A stretch of 62,442 nucleotides of DNA from an uncultured Micrococcales bacterium (GTDB lineage: Bacteria; Actinomycetota; Actinomycetes; Actinomycetales; Microbacteriaceae): positions 1 to 62,442 of the forward strand of contig CAIXVE010000082.1 in assembly GCA_903922825.1 (NCBI GenBank), given 5' to 3'. The notes under the pieces are model-generated. The model was not told where the DNA came from, did not search any database, and saw nothing but the letters and a program-made list of their open reading frames with translations. The translations under genes were made by a program, and so were the position numbers. Below, piece by piece: positions 49,184 through 59,604 of the stretch (the stretch's first letter is position 1; each line of letters starts with the position of its first letter).

Positions 49184-50602
49184 ATGACCGTGAAACCCCT
49201 AACCATTGCCGAAAAGGTATGGAATGACCACTTGGTGGTCAAGGGTGAAGCTGGCGCACCCGATTTGCTATACATCGACCTTCACCTCATCCATGAAGTG
49301 ACCAGTCCTCAGGCTTTTGATGGTCTACGTCTAGCTGGACGTCCGGTGAGAAGGCCCGACCTAACCATTGCTACCGAAGATCACAACACCCCAACTCTTG
49401 ACATTGATAAGCCGATAGCTGATTTGACCAGCAGAACTCAGATTGAAGCTCTTAGACACAACGCTAAAGAGTTTGGCATTCGTATTCACTCACTTGGAGA
49501 TATCGACCAGGGCATCGTGCACGTTGTTGGACCACAGCTTGGTTTGACGATGCCTGGTATCACAGTTGTTTGTGGAGATTCACACACCTCAACTCATGGT
49601 GCCTTCGGTGCTTTGGCCATGGGTATTGGAACTAGCGAAGTTGAGCATGTTCTTGCCACCCAAACACTTCCTTTGAAGCCTTTCAAAACTATGGCCATCA
49701 ACGTTGAGGGAACTTTGCGACCAGGGGTCACATCGAAAGATATCATCTTGGCAGTTATCGCCAAGATTGGCACCGGTGGTGGACAAGGCTATGTTCTTGA
49801 ATATCGCGGTTCAGCAATTAGAGCGCTATCCATGGAAGCTCGAATGACGATATGCAACATGTCTATTGAAGCTGGGGCTAGAGCTGGAATGGTTGCCCCT
49901 GATCAAATAACTTTCGATTATCTAAAAGGAAAACCTCATGCTCCAGAGGGTAAAGATTGGGACGATGCAGTCGAATACTGGAAGTCATTGGTCACCGATG
50001 ATGAAGCAGTTTTCGATGAAGAAGTTTTCTTAGACGCAAACACACTTGAGCCTTTCGTAACCTGGGGGACTAACCCAGGTCAAGGTGTCTCACTGAGCGA
50101 TGTTGTTCCTAAACCTGAAGATTATCTAGACGCAAATGATCAAGCTGCTGCAATTAGAGCACTTGAATATATGGATCTTGTTCCTGGAACAAAGATGAAA
50201 GACATCAAGATCGACACTGTGTTCCTAGGTTCTTGCACTAATTCAAGAATCGAAGATCTTCGTTCAGCAGCCGAAATTCTTAAAGGTCAAAAGAAGGCTG
50301 CTGGCTTGCGCATGATTGTTGTTCCTGGCTCTGCTCGAGTTAGATTACAAGCCGAACAGGAAGGTCTTGATCTGATCTTCAAAGACTTTGGCGCTGAGTG
50401 GAGATTTGCTGGATGTTCAATGTGTTTGGGTATGAACCCAGACCAGCTAGCTCCTGGGGAGCGAGCAGCCTCAACCTCAAACCGTAACTTTGAAGGTCGC
50501 CAAGGTAAAGGTGCTAGAACACACCTGGTTTCACCACTGGTCGCTGCTGCAACTGCTATCCGTGGAACACTTTCATCACCTTCAGATTTGGTAGGTAACT
50601 GA
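49184..50602 (+). CDS. leuC: 3-isopropylmalate dehydratase large subunit
   Basis: 'HEVTSPQAF', 'CGDSHT', 'GSCTN', 'GCSMCLG'; ATG after GAGGTG (alternative GTG 49175). Confidence 0.97.
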   Translation: MTVKPLTIAEKVWNDHLVVKGEAGAPDLLYIDLHLIHEVTSPQAFDGLRLAGRPVRRPDLTIATEDHNTPTLDIDKPIADLTSRTQIEALRHNAKEFGIRIHSLGDIDQGIVHVVGPQLGLTMPGITVVCGDSHTSTHGAFGALAMGIGTSEVEHVLATQTLPLKPFKTMAINVEGTLRPGVTSKDIILAVIAKIGTGGGQGYVLEYRGSAIRALSMEARMTICNMSIEAGARAGMVAPDQITFDYLKGKPHAPEGKDWDDAVEYWKSLVTDDEAVFDEEVFLDANTLEPFVTWGTNPGQGVSLSDVVPKPEDYLDANDQAAAIRALEYMDLVPGTKMKDIKIDTVFLGSCTNSRIEDLRSAAEILKGQKKAAGLRMIVVPGSARVRLQAEQEGLDLIFKDFGAEWRFAGCSMCLGMNPDQLAPGERAASTSNRNFEGRQGKGARTHLVSPLVAAATAIRGTLSSPSDLVGN

Positions 50603-51207
50603 TGGATAAGTTCACTACCTTCACTGGTGTTGCTGTTCCTTTGCGACGCAGCAATGTTGACACGGACCAGATCATTCCTGCGGTTTTTCTAAAGCGAATA
50701 ACTAAAACCGGTTTTGAAGATGCACTTTTCTCATCTTGGAGAGCGGACCCTGAATTCGTTCTAAACCAGGCTCCTTATCAACATGGTCAGGTACTTGTCG
50801 CTGGCTCTGATTTTGGTACTGGTTCCTCTAGAGAGCATGCGGTTTGGGCACTTAGAGATTACGGTTTCAAGGTTGTTCTTTCACCTAAGTTTGCAGATAT
50901 CTTTAGAGGCAATTCAGGTAAGCAGGGTTTACTAACCGGAGTTATTAGTGAAAACGACACTGAAAGACTTTGGTCAGCAATTGAAGCTAATCCAGGGGTT
51001 GAAATCACCGTTGATTTAGAAGCTAGAAAAGCTCATCTAGGGGATATCACCGTTAGTTTTGACATAGATGATTACACCAGATGGCGTTTGATGGAAGGTT
51101 TAGACGATATCGGTCTAACCCTGAAAAATGAAACAGACATTACAGAGTTTGAATCAAAGAGACCGGCTTGGATGCCCAAGACGTTACCAGCTAAGGGAAA
51201 CAAATGA
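50602..51207 (+). CDS. leuD: 3-isopropylmalate dehydratase small subunit
   Basis: 'NVDTDQIIP', '[10 protein letters not shown]', 'GLDDI'. Confidence 0.97.
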   Translation: MDKFTTFTGVAVPLRRSNVDTDQIIPAVFLKRITKTGFEDALFSSWRADPEFVLNQAPYQHGQVLVAGSDFGTGSSREHAVWALRDYGFKVVLSPKFADIFRGNSGKQGLLTGVISENDTERLWSAIEANPGVEITVDLEARKAHLGDITVSFDIDDYTRWRLMEGLDDIGLTLKNETDITEFESKRPAWMPKTLPAKGNK

Positions 51208-52517
51208 GTCAGATAACTGTTCAGGGTGGGAAACCGCTGGTTGGTCGCGTTGATGTTCGTGGCGCTAAGAACCTTGTCACCAAAGCAATGGTTGCAGCAT
51301 TACTTGGTGAGACCCCGAGTGAGCTTCGCGATGTTCCTAAGATTTCTGATGTTGAAGTAGTTCAGCAGCTGTTGCAACTTCACGGTGTGAAGATTGATTT
51401 CAGTGATGACGGGGTAATGAAGCTAGATCCAACCAATGTGAAATCTGCTCGCATGGTTGACATTGATGCACACGCTGGTTCTTCACGTATCCCAATTCTT
51501 TTCTGTGGTCCACTACTTCACCAATTAGGCGAAGCTTTTATTCCAGACCTTGGTGGCTGTCACATTGGTGATCGACCAGTTGATTACCACTTCGAAGTTT
51601 TGAGAAACTTTGGTGCCGTGATTGAACAACTTCCTAGCGGAACAAGATTGTCTGCGCCTAAAGGATTACACGGTGCCAAGATTTCTCTTCCATATCCTTC
51701 GGTTGGTGCAACTGAGCAAGTTCTCCTAACTGCAACCAAGGCTGTTGGTTTAACAGAACTTTCTGGTGCTGCGGTTGAGCCAGAGATCATGGATCTGATT
51801 GCTATCTTGCAAAAGATGGGTGCCATCATCTCGGTTGACACTGATCGTGTTATTCGTATCGAAGGTGTTGCATCTCTAAATGGTTATTCACACCGAGCAC
51901 TCTTTGATAGAAACGAAGCCGCCAGTTGGGCAGCAGCAGCTCTGGCTACCGGTGGTGACATCATGGTTGGTGGAGCAAGACAGCAAGAGATGACCACTTT
52001 CCTAAACGTGTTTAGAAAAATCGGCGGTGCTTTTGAAATTCTTGACGATGGAATTCGTTTCCGCCACCCAGGTGGTGAATTACAGCCCGTTGTTATTGAG
52101 ACCGATGTTCACCCAGGATTTATGACCGACTGGCAGCAACCACTGGTGGTTGCCATGACTCAGGCAACTGGTTTTAGCATTGTTCACGAAACTGTTTATG
52201 AAAACAGATTTGGTTTCACTGAGGCGCTAAATCAGATGGGTGCCCAGATTCAGATTTATCGTGAATGTCTAGGTGGTAACTCTTGTCGCTTTGGCCAGAG
52301 AAACTTCTACCACTCAGCAGTTATCTCAGGACCATCGAAACTAAAAGGTGCCGACATTAGAGTTCCAGATCTTCGTGGTGGTTTCTCACACATGGTGGCA
52401 GCCTTAGCGGCTGAAGGAACTTCCAATGTCACGAACGTTCAACTGATTTCTCGTGGTTACGAGCACTTCCTAGACAAGCTAACTGCACTAGGTGCGCAGT
52501 TCACCTACACAGAGTAA
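51204..52517 (+). CDS. murA: UDP-N-acetylglucosamine 1-carboxyvinyltransferase
   Basis: 'GAKN', 'GGCHIGDRP', 'SVGATE', 'PGFMTD.Q', 'DLRGG'. Confidence 0.95.
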   Translation: MSQITVQGGKPLVGRVDVRGAKNLVTKAMVAALLGETPSELRDVPKISDVEVVQQLLQLHGVKIDFSDDGVMKLDPTNVKSARMVDIDAHAGSSRIPILFCGPLLHQLGEAFIPDLGGCHIGDRPVDYHFEVLRNFGAVIEQLPSGTRLSAPKGLHGAKISLPYPSVGATEQVLLTATKAVGLTELSGAAVEPEIMDLIAILQKMGAIISVDTDRVIRIEGVASLNGYSHRALFDRNEAASWAAAALATGGDIMVGGARQQEMTTFLNVFRKIGGAFEILDDGIRFRHPGGELQPVVIETDVHPGFMTDWQQPLVVAMTQATGFSIVHETVYENRFGFTEALNQMGAQIQIYRECLGGNSCRFGQRNFYHSAVISGPSKLKGADIRVPDLRGGFSHMVAALAAEGTSNVTNVQLISRGYEHFLDKLTALGAQFTYTE

Positions 52518-52521
52518 TCAG

Positions 52522-53403
52522 ATGGCTAAAAAATCAGCAGCTTCAATCAAGATGCCGGCACTCAAGCCTGGTGTTGAGATCACTTGGCAAATCAGATTAC
52601 TTGCCAACATTCTCAGACCTTTTGTTAGATTGCTCTACAAAATAGAACTAACCGGAACAGAGAACCTACCTAAATCTGGTGGTTATGTTCTAGCTGCTAA
52701 TCACGTCACAACTTTGGATGCACTCGCAGTTGCATACATGATGTATTTCAGATTGCACCGTGCTCCTCACTTCTTGGCTAAAGAGGGACTATTCAGAACA
52801 CCTATCGTTGGTCCTGTGCTACTAGCCTGCGGTCAGATTCCTGTTTTTAGAAGTGGAAGAAATAACACTGACCCTATGCAATCGGCATATGATGTTCTAA
52901 ATGCTGGTCACATCATCGGTATTTTTCCTGAAGGAACATTAACTCGTGAACCAAACCAATGGCCGATGAGGGCACGAACTGGCGCTATCAGATTGTCACT
53001 TGAGACCGGTGTTCCTATCATTCCGGTTGGTCAGTGGGGAACTGAAGCTGTTATGGAAACCTATTCTTCTAAAATCAGACCTAAGCCTTGGCATAAGGTG
53101 AGAATCGTGATTGGTAAACCAATCTCTATGGAACCTTATAAAAATAAGAAGATGTCAACCGATGATCTGGTGGAACTAAGCGATCAGGTGATGGTTGAGA
53201 TAACCAAAATAGTTGAAGATATTCGTGGTGAAAAAGCACCAGCTAAAAGATTTGTTCCTAGTGAACACGGATTACCAGAACATGGGAATTTCAAGAAGTT
53301 CCTAATTATCAAAGCTGAGAATGACCGTCGTAAAGCAGCTGGCTTAGAGCCACTGCCTGCAAACGCTAAAGTCAAACGCGGCAAGATTGTTTCGAAAGGC
53401 TAA
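52522..53403 (+). CDS. plsC: 1-acyl-sn-glycerol-3-phosphate acyltransferase
   Basis: 'NHVTTLD', 'FLAK', 'FPEGT', 'TGA.R'. Confidence 0.88.
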   Translation: MAKKSAASIKMPALKPGVEITWQIRLLANILRPFVRLLYKIELTGTENLPKSGGYVLAANHVTTLDALAVAYMMYFRLHRAPHFLAKEGLFRTPIVGPVLLACGQIPVFRSGRNNTDPMQSAYDVLNAGHIIGIFPEGTLTREPNQWPMRARTGAIRLSLETGVPIIPVGQWGTEAVMETYSSKIRPKPWHKVRIVIGKPISMEPYKNKKMSTDDLVELSDQVMVEITKIVEDIRGEKAPAKRFVPSEHGLPEHGNFKKFLIIKAENDRRKAAGLEPLPANAKVKRGKIVSKG

Positions 53404-53406
53404 TCG

Positions 53407-54408
53407 ATGGCTAAGGTAGCGGTAATTGGTGCTGGATCATGGGGAACAACATTCGCCAAGGTTTTAGTCGATGCTGGCAATGAGGTCACACTATGGTCTA
53501 GAAGAGCAGATCTCACAGAAGAAATCAACACAACTCACCGTAACGGTGATTACATGCCAGGCATCAACCTGCCGGATGCTTTAGTTGCTTCGAGTGATAT
53601 TTCTGAAGTTTTAGCGGGTGCGGAGCAGGTTTATATTGCTGTTCCTTCACAGAGTCTAAGAAGCAACCTCGATGAGTGGGGTTCGTTGATTCCTGAAGGT
53701 GCCATCATCGTTTCTTTGATGAAAGGTGTTGAACAGGGGTCAGGCTTACGCATGAGTGAAGTTATCGCTGATGTTCTCAAGATCAGCGAAGACCTTATCT
53801 GTGTTGTTTCAGGCCCTAACCTTTCTTTGGAGATTGCCAGCGAGCAGCCAGCTGCCTGTGTTGCAGCCTGCACCTCTAAAGAGAACGCAGCGCTGGTTGC
53901 AGCAGCGGCTACCAATTCCTATTTCACTACTTTCACCAATAAAGATGTGATTGGAACTGAGTTCGGTGGAATTCTAAAGAACCTGATTGCGGTTGCCATC
54001 GGTATCGTCAACGGTGTTGGCTATGGGCAAAACACTAAAGCCTCAATTATGACCAGAGGCTTAGCTGAAATATCTCGTTTTGCGGTTGCATTTGGTGCTA
54101 AGAAGAAGACCATGGTTGGTCTTGCTGGCTTAGGGGATCTGATTGCAACATCTGAGTCACCACTATCTCGTAACCACAAAGCCGGTGAAATGCTCGGTAA
54201 GGGCTATTCCAAGCGTGAAGTTCTCAAGCGCTTATCTCAAACAGCAGAAGGACTAACCTCTGTTGCCCCTATCTTGAAACTTGCTGCTGCTAAAGGTGTT
54301 TCCATGCCTATCGTTGAGCAGGTGCACCAGGTTATTGAAGGTCGCATGAGTCCTAAAGATATTGCACCGACTCTAACTAAGAGCAGTGATGCACCGGAGG
54401 CCGAGTAA
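53407..54408 (+). CDS. gpsA: NAD(P)H-dependent glycerol-3-phosphate dehydrogenase
   Basis: 'GAGSWGT', 'SGPN', 'LKN', 'GLAGLGDL', 'SRN'. Confidence 0.96.
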   Translation: MAKVAVIGAGSWGTTFAKVLVDAGNEVTLWSRRADLTEEINTTHRNGDYMPGINLPDALVASSDISEVLAGAEQVYIAVPSQSLRSNLDEWGSLIPEGAIIVSLMKGVEQGSGLRMSEVIADVLKISEDLICVVSGPNLSLEIASEQPAACVAACTSKENAALVAAAATNSYFTTFTNKDVIGTEFGGILKNLIAVAIGIVNGVGYGQNTKASIMTRGLAEISRFAVAFGAKKKTMVGLAGLGDLIATSESPLSRNHKAGEMLGKGYSKREVLKRLSQTAEGLTSVAPILKLAAAKGVSMPIVEQVHQVIEGRMSPKDIAPTLTKSSDAPEAE

Positions 54409-55493
54409 TGGCTAAGCAAACCGTTGTCATCTTATTTGGTGGAGCTTCAAGTGAGCACGGGATTTCGTGTGCAACAGCAGCCGGTGTGCTCTCTGCAATT
54501 GATAGAGATAAGTATGAGGTAATTCCTGTTGGTATTACCAGAGACGGTGCTTATGTTCCTGCAGAAGATGACGTTGAAAAGTGGGCACTTACGGAAGGCA
54601 CACTTCCTGAAGTTGTTTTTGAAGGTAAGACTGTTATTTGGCCGAGTAGTGGTTCTAAAGAACTAAAGTTTCAAGACGAGCAAGGAGTTCAAACTCTTGG
54701 AAATGTTGATGTTGTTTTCCCAGTGTTGCATGGACCTAATGGCGAAGATGGAACTATCCAGGGTTATCTAGAGCTCCTAGGTCTTCATTATGTTGGCAAT
54801 GGCGTATTTGCAAGTGCTGCGGGTATGGATAAAGAGTTTTCTAAGGCACTATTTATTGCTGCTGCTTTGCCGGTCACACCTCATGTTGTTATCCATAAGG
54901 CTGAATGGCTAGCGAACCCTGAAGGAATACTTGATCAGGTTAGATCGCTTGGATCATTGCCTCTATTTGTGAAGCCTGCACGCGCCGGTTCTTCTGTTGG
55001 TGTTTCTAAAGTCAAAGACATGGCTGAATTCTCAAGCGCTCTTGAGATTGCGTTCAACGAAGACACCAAGGTCACCGTTGAAAAAGGTTTAGTTGGTCGT
55101 GAAGTTGAGTGTGCTGTTCTTTCGGGCAGAAACGGATCTAAACCAAGAGTTTCAGTTGCCGGTGAGATAGTTGTTAAGACCCGCGAGTTCTATGACTTTG
55201 ATGCCAAATATCGTGATGCTGATGCTGCAGAACTAATTTGTCCTGCAGAGCTCTCTGCTTCTGAATTACAAGAACTTCAAACACTCGCCGCAAGAGCATT
55301 CAATGCACTGGGTTGCTTTGGTTTAGCTAGAGCTGATTTCTTCCTCACCAAAGATGGGTTCTTTGTGAACGAATTGAACTTAATGCCCGGCTTCACACCT
55401 ATATCGATGTATCCAAAGTGTTGGCAGGCATCTGGCCTTAGTTATCCAGATTTGATTGATGAACTTATTCAGTTAGCTTTTGAAAGAAACTAG
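54408..55493 (+). CDS. ddl: D-alanine--D-alanine ligase
   Basis: 'FGG.SSEH', 'LHGPNGEDG', 'GSSVG', 'FYDFDAKY', 'NELN.MPGFT'. Confidence 0.96.
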   Translation: MAKQTVVILFGGASSEHGISCATAAGVLSAIDRDKYEVIPVGITRDGAYVPAEDDVEKWALTEGTLPEVVFEGKTVIWPSSGSKELKFQDEQGVQTLGNVDVVFPVLHGPNGEDGTIQGYLELLGLHYVGNGVFASAAGMDKEFSKALFIAAALPVTPHVVIHKAEWLANPEGILDQVRSLGSLPLFVKPARAGSSVGVSKVKDMAEFSSALEIAFNEDTKVTVEKGLVGREVECAVLSGRNGSKPRVSVAGEIVVKTREFYDFDAKYRDADAAELICPAELSASELQELQTLAARAFNALGCFGLARADFFLTKDGFFVNELNLMPGFTPISMYPKCWQASGLSYPDLIDELIQLAFERN

Positions 55494-55930
55494 CCTAGGC
55501 ATTTAGCTGTTTGTTCAGTGAACTGAACTGCTTGCCCTAGATCATCCAAAACAGTTGCCCCAGAAGCTTTAGTTGAATCAACTGTGACAATAGTCGCAGG
55601 GGTTCTTCCGAAAGAAATAAACCTGTATATCGGCTTTTGCGTTTCATCCACAATCCAGTCAACCCCACCAGCTGTGATGCATTGAAGTTTGCTCACCTTC
55701 ACAGTATCTAAACCACAGGTTAGGGTAATCGCAGCAGGGGTTCCCCAAGCGGCGGTTGATTGAGAAGATGTAGTTCTTCTTTCCTGGTTATCTGTGGTTT
55801 GAGGAAGTCGAACTATGACTTTTGCGCAGTCAGGGTTATTGGAATCAGACGCTGCAGGCAGGTTTACGGTGGCGGAGCAGCCAGCCAAGGTTAGGGGCAG
55901 AAGAACCAGTAAAACTCTAAAAAACTTCAT
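55490..55930 (-). CDS. DUF3515 family lipoprotein
   Basis: Lipobox LAGC, 'TAAWG', 'LTCG', 'GVDW', 'GRTPA'; between ddl and thiL. Confidence 0.85.
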   Translation of the reverse strand: MKFFRVLLVLLPLTLAGCSATVNLPAASDSNNPDCAKVIVRLPQTTDNQERRTTSSQSTAAWGTPAAITLTCGLDTVKVSKLQCITAGGVDWIVDETQKPIYRFISFGRTPATIVTVDSTKASGATVLDDLGQAVQFTEQTAKCLG

Positions 55931-55954
55931 CTCAAACAGGCTACCTTTAAACCT

Positions 55955-56926
55955 ATGCAGGTAAAAACGTTAGCCGAATTGGGTGAGGGTGAGTCTCTTA
56001 GGCTAACCATCGGACGGCTAATCACGGGGGATAACGTATTAGTTGGTCCTGGCGATGATGCGGCAGTGGTCAGTTCACCGGACGGTAGATTCGTTGTCAC
56101 CACCGACACCATGATTGAAGATCATGATTTCAAACTTGAATGGTCAACCGGCTTTGACCTCGGTTTCAAAGCTGTTGCCAGCAATGTTTCAGATGTTGCA
56201 GCCATGGGTGCAAAACCAACAGCTCTTGTTGTCGCAATTGCATTGCCTTCGACAACTCCAATCTCTTGGCTAGAGGATTTCGCGGATGGGCTCAACGCGG
56301 GTATTCGAGAACTAGCACCCGATGCATCTGTTGTTGGCGGGGACTTAGCTATGTCTGAAAAGGTGTTCATTTCTGTAACAGCCCATGGAGATCTTGAAGG
56401 TAGAGAACCGGTTCTTCGAAGCGGAGCAAAAGTGGGCGATGTACTAGCTGTTGCTGGAACCTTAGGAAAGGCTGCTGCTGGTTTGGCACTACTTCAAAGA
56501 GGAGACTCTTCAGCATCTGCTTTTGACGAACTAGTTGGAATTCAAAGAAGGCCCATGCCTCCAGTTTCTTTAGGAGTTCAAGCAGCTCTAAATGGTGCAA
56601 CAGCAATGCTCGATATTTCAGATGGTTTAGTCAAGGACGCCAGCCGCATTGCAAAAGCTTCAGGTGTGTCAATTAATCTAGATAAATCAGCGCTGCAAGG
56701 ATTTGAAGCTGTCATCGAACAGGCAGCTCTAAGGCTGGAAGTTAGCGGTATGGACTGGGTGCTTTTTGGTGGGGAAGACCATTCACTGCTAGCAACATTC
56801 CCTGAAGGCAGTGAATTACCTAAAGGCTTCAAAGTCATTGGTCGGGTTGTTGAACAGAACGAGCACTTAGTTGTGCTGGATAACAGTTCCATAGTTATTA
56901 GAGGGTGGGATTCAATTCGTGGCTAA
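55955..56926 (+). CDS. thiL: Thiamine-phosphate kinase
   Basis: 'GPGDDAA', 'NVSDVAAMG', 'GGD', 'DISDGL', 'GGEDH'. Confidence 0.95.
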   Translation: MQVKTLAELGEGESLRLTIGRLITGDNVLVGPGDDAAVVSSPDGRFVVTTDTMIEDHDFKLEWSTGFDLGFKAVASNVSDVAAMGAKPTALVVAIALPSTTPISWLEDFADGLNAGIRELAPDASVVGGDLAMSEKVFISVTAHGDLEGREPVLRSGAKVGDVLAVAGTLGKAAAGLALLQRGDSSASAFDELVGIQRRPMPPVSLGVQAALNGATAMLDISDGLVKDASRIAKASGVSINLDKSALQGFEAVIEQAALRLEVSGMDWVLFGGEDHSLLATFPEGSELPKGFKVIGRVVEQNEHLVVLDNSSIVIRGWDSIRG

Positions 56927-57272
56927 CATTTCGGTTGAAGAAGGTCGAATCAGAGTCAGGTTGAGTTTCTGGAAGAAACTGGGTTCTCTTTCTGGAGATC
57001 TTTCCGTTCCGCTTGAACTGGTTGAGACTGTAACTGTTGAACCGACTATAAATTGGCAAAATGCTGGTCTGAGAATAGGTGGAACTGGAATTCCTGGTGT
57101 CATAGCTTTAGGAAGATTCTGGAAGCCGGGGGTCTCAACTTTCTGCGACTGGAAAAGAGGAGAACAGGTTGTGATTATCAACCTCAAACATTTTGCTTAT
57201 TCTCGTTTGACTCTTGGAACTAATAATCCAGAGGAAATACTTGACGCTTTAGGCGTGAAGGCTAGGGTTTAG
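56919..57272 (+). CDS. Hypothetical protein (PH-like beta fold)
   Basis: 'GLRIGGTGIPG.IALG.F' motif of a recurring small uncharacterised family; overlaps thiL stop. Confidence 0.65.
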   Translation: MANISVEEGRIRVRLSFWKKLGSLSGDLSVPLELVETVTVEPTINWQNAGLRIGGTGIPGVIALGRFWKPGVSTFCDWKRGEQVVIINLKHFAYSRLTLGTNNPEEILDALGVKARV

Positions 57273-58199
57273 CACTATTCCAACCCCTTGCCGGTTGAGC
57301 ACTTCGACTCTTCCATTTAGTGAGTTTCTTCTAAACAATAAGTTTGGTAATCCACTAAGTTCAACAGCTTTAACTGTTCTTTCTGCTTCACCATCAATGA
57401 TTGTCACCTTAGTTCCAGCTGTGACATATAGACCCGCTTCAACAACTGAGTCATCGCCAATGGAGATACCAATTCCTGCGTTAGCACCTAACAGTGCTCT
57501 CTCACCAATACGAACTCGTTCTCTTCCTCCACCAGATAGTGTGCCCATGATTGATGCCCCACCACCGATATCTGATCCATTACCAACAAGAACACCTTGA
57601 GCGATGCGACCTTCGACCATTGCGGTTCCTAGAGTTCCTGCATTGAAGTTCACAAAACCTTCATGCATGATGGTGGTGCCAGGAGACAGATAAGCACCCA
57701 GTCTTACTCGATTAGCATCCGCAATTCTCACACCCTTAGGGACAACGTAGTCAATAAGTCTTGGAAACTTATCAATTGAATGAACGGTAACACCTGCTCT
57801 AACCAAGGTTGGCAGCAGTCGCTCGTAATCCAAAACCGATAGAACACCAATTGAGCTAAAAACAGCTATAGGCAAATGAGCCATTAGGTTTTCAAGGCTG
57901 ATACTGTTTGGTTGAACTTGAAGAGTTGAGAGTAGATGAAGACGAAGGTAGGCATCAGGTGTTGAGGCCACCGGTTGATCAAGCTGGATTTCTGTTCTAA
58001 CTGCCTTTACTTCAACATTCCTTCTAGCATCTTTACCGATAAGTGAATCGAATTCACGGTCCATTAGGTAGACAGCGTCACTATGGGGGGCTGCACCTAG
58101 TTGAGGCTTAGGGTAATAGGTGTCCAGAATGGTGCCATCTGAAGCTATGGTGGCTAGCCCCATGCCCCATGCCTGATTTATCTGAGTTGAAGTATTCAT
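57249..58199 (-). CDS. dapD: Tetrahydrodipicolinate N-succinyltransferase
   Basis: 'DAYLRLHLLS', 'DKFPR', 'RVRLGAYL', 'HEGFVNFNAGT', 'EAGLYVTAG'. Confidence 0.95.
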   Translation of the reverse strand: MNTSTQINQAWGMGLATIASDGTILDTYYPKPQLGAAPHSDAVYLMDREFDSLIGKDARRNVEVKAVRTEIQLDQPVASTPDAYLRLHLLSTLQVQPNSISLENLMAHLPIAVFSSIGVLSVLDYERLLPTLVRAGVTVHSIDKFPRLIDYVVPKGVRIADANRVRLGAYLSPGTTIMHEGFVNFNAGTLGTAMVEGRIAQGVLVGNGSDIGGGASIMGTLSGGGRERVRIGERALLGANAGIGISIGDDSVVEAGLYVTAGTKVTIIDGEAERTVKAVELSGLPNLLFRRNSLNGRVEVLNRQGVGIVLNPSLHA

Positions 58200-58228
58200 C
58201 ACTACAAGGTTACAAGTAAGGTGTTTAG

Positions 58229-59305
58229 GTGAGCGTAAAACTTGAAATAAATGCAGATGTTTTGGAACTAACTCGTGCCCTGTGTGACATCAACTCGGTC
58301 TCCGGTAATGAAAAAGAGTTAGCCGATGCTATCGAAACCAGCCTTAAGGCCTATGGGCATCTAGAGGTAATCCGTGATGGTGATGCAATCATTGCTAGAA
58401 CTAATTTGGGCAGAGCAAAGCGCGTAGTAATCGCCGGTCACATCGACACTGTTCCGGTTGCCGATAACCTACCGACCAAGATTATTGACCTTGAGCGATC
58501 CCATGTGCTTTGGGGTCGTGGAACAGTGGACATGAAAGCCGGTGTTGCTGTTCAGTTGAAACTAGCTGCAACTATCACTGAACCTAATGTTGATGTGACC
58601 TGGGTCTTTTATGACCATGAGGAAGTTGATTCGGCTCTGAATGGTTTAGGTCGTATTTCAAGAAACTCACCTGAATTACTCAAAGCAGACTTTGCTGTGC
58701 TGTGTGAACCATCTAATGCCAGAGTTGAGGGTGGCTGCAATGGAACGCTTCGAGCAATCATCAGGCTAGCTGGAGTCAAAGCTCACTCGGCAAGACCTTG
58801 GATGGGGGAGAACGCTCTTCACAAAGCTGCTAAACCACTAAGTATTTTGGCTTCTTATGTCCCTGAGGAGATTGAGGTTGATGGGTTGGTTTATAAGGAA
58901 AGTTTGAATGCTGTCCTTATGAATTCAGGTATTGCTGCCAACGTTATTCCTGATCAGGCAACCATCACTGTGAACTACAGGTTTGCACCTAGTAAAAATT
59001 CTGCTCAGGCTGAAGCACACCTTCGTGAACTTTTTGCAGGTTATGAGCTGGAGATTGCTGATTTTGCTGATGGTGCACGACCTGGGCTTGATCTTCCAGA
59101 AGCGGCAGCGTTCGTCAAAGCAACTGGGACAACTCCGTTCCCTAAGTATGGTTGGACAGATGTGGCTCGCTTTAGCGCTCTTGGCATCCCTGCGGTGAAC
59201 TTCGGCCCTGGGGACCCAAATAAAGCCCATGCGGACGATGAAGCGGTTGAAATAGCCCAGATCTATGCCTGTGAGAAGGCGCTTAGCCTGTGGTTGACTG
59301 CCTAA
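58229..59305 (+). CDS. dapE: Succinyl-diaminopimelate desuccinylase
   Basis: 'AGHIDTVP', 'GRG.VDMK', 'EE', 'AHSARPW', 'GWTDV'. Confidence 0.93.
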   Translation: MSVKLEINADVLELTRALCDINSVSGNEKELADAIETSLKAYGHLEVIRDGDAIIARTNLGRAKRVVIAGHIDTVPVADNLPTKIIDLERSHVLWGRGTVDMKAGVAVQLKLAATITEPNVDVTWVFYDHEEVDSALNGLGRISRNSPELLKADFAVLCEPSNARVEGGCNGTLRAIIRLAGVKAHSARPWMGENALHKAAKPLSILASYVPEEIEVDGLVYKESLNAVLMNSGIAANVIPDQATITVNYRFAPSKNSAQAEAHLRELFAGYELEIADFADGARPGLDLPEAAAFVKATGTTPFPKYGWTDVARFSALGIPAVNFGPGDPNKAHADDEAVEIAQIYACEKALSLWLTA

Positions 59306-59385
59306 GTTTCTAACAGGGCAAAAAACAGCTCCAAAGCGTGGTTTAATAGAAGTTCAGGGCAAAGCCTACGCATCAAGGAGTTTTT

Positions 59386-59559
59386 ATGGCAGCTATGAAG
59401 CCACGTACCGGGGACGGTCCAATGGAAGCCGAGCGCGAAGCTCGCGGTCTAATCGTTTTGAAGATTCCTGCTGAAGGCGGAGGACGTCTAGCCATCTCGG
59501 TTAACGACGAGGAAATTGAGCAGCTCAAAAAGGTTCTTGCCGGAATCAAAAAGCGCTAA
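59386..59559 (+). CDS. DUF3117 family protein (57 aa, absent from ORF track)
   Basis: MAAMKPRTGDGPMEA...IP.EGGGRL signature; SD AAGGAG. Confidence 0.92.
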   Translation: MAAMKPRTGDGPMEAEREARGLIVLKIPAEGGGRLAISVNDEEIEQLKKVLAGIKKR

Positions 59560-59573
59560 ACAGAGTTAAACCT

Positions 59574-59598
59574 AAGCCACCTGAACTTCAGGTGGCTT
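59574..59598. terminator. Probable bidirectional terminator
   Basis: AAGCCACCTGAA / TTCAGGTGGCTT inverted repeat between convergent genes. Confidence 0.75.
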
Positions 59599-59604
59599 TA
59601 GTTT

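Noticed and set aside
51204-52517. Fosfomycin-resistant (Asp-type) MurA
   Set aside because: Active-site loop retains Cys (GGCHIG)
54408-55493. D-Ala-D-Lac (vancomycin-resistance-type) ligase
   Set aside because: Omega-loop 'AKY' retains Tyr and there are no van genes; ordinary gpsA-ddl context
55931-55954. TPP riboswitch before thiL
   Set aside because: 24-bp gap and no TPP aptamer motif
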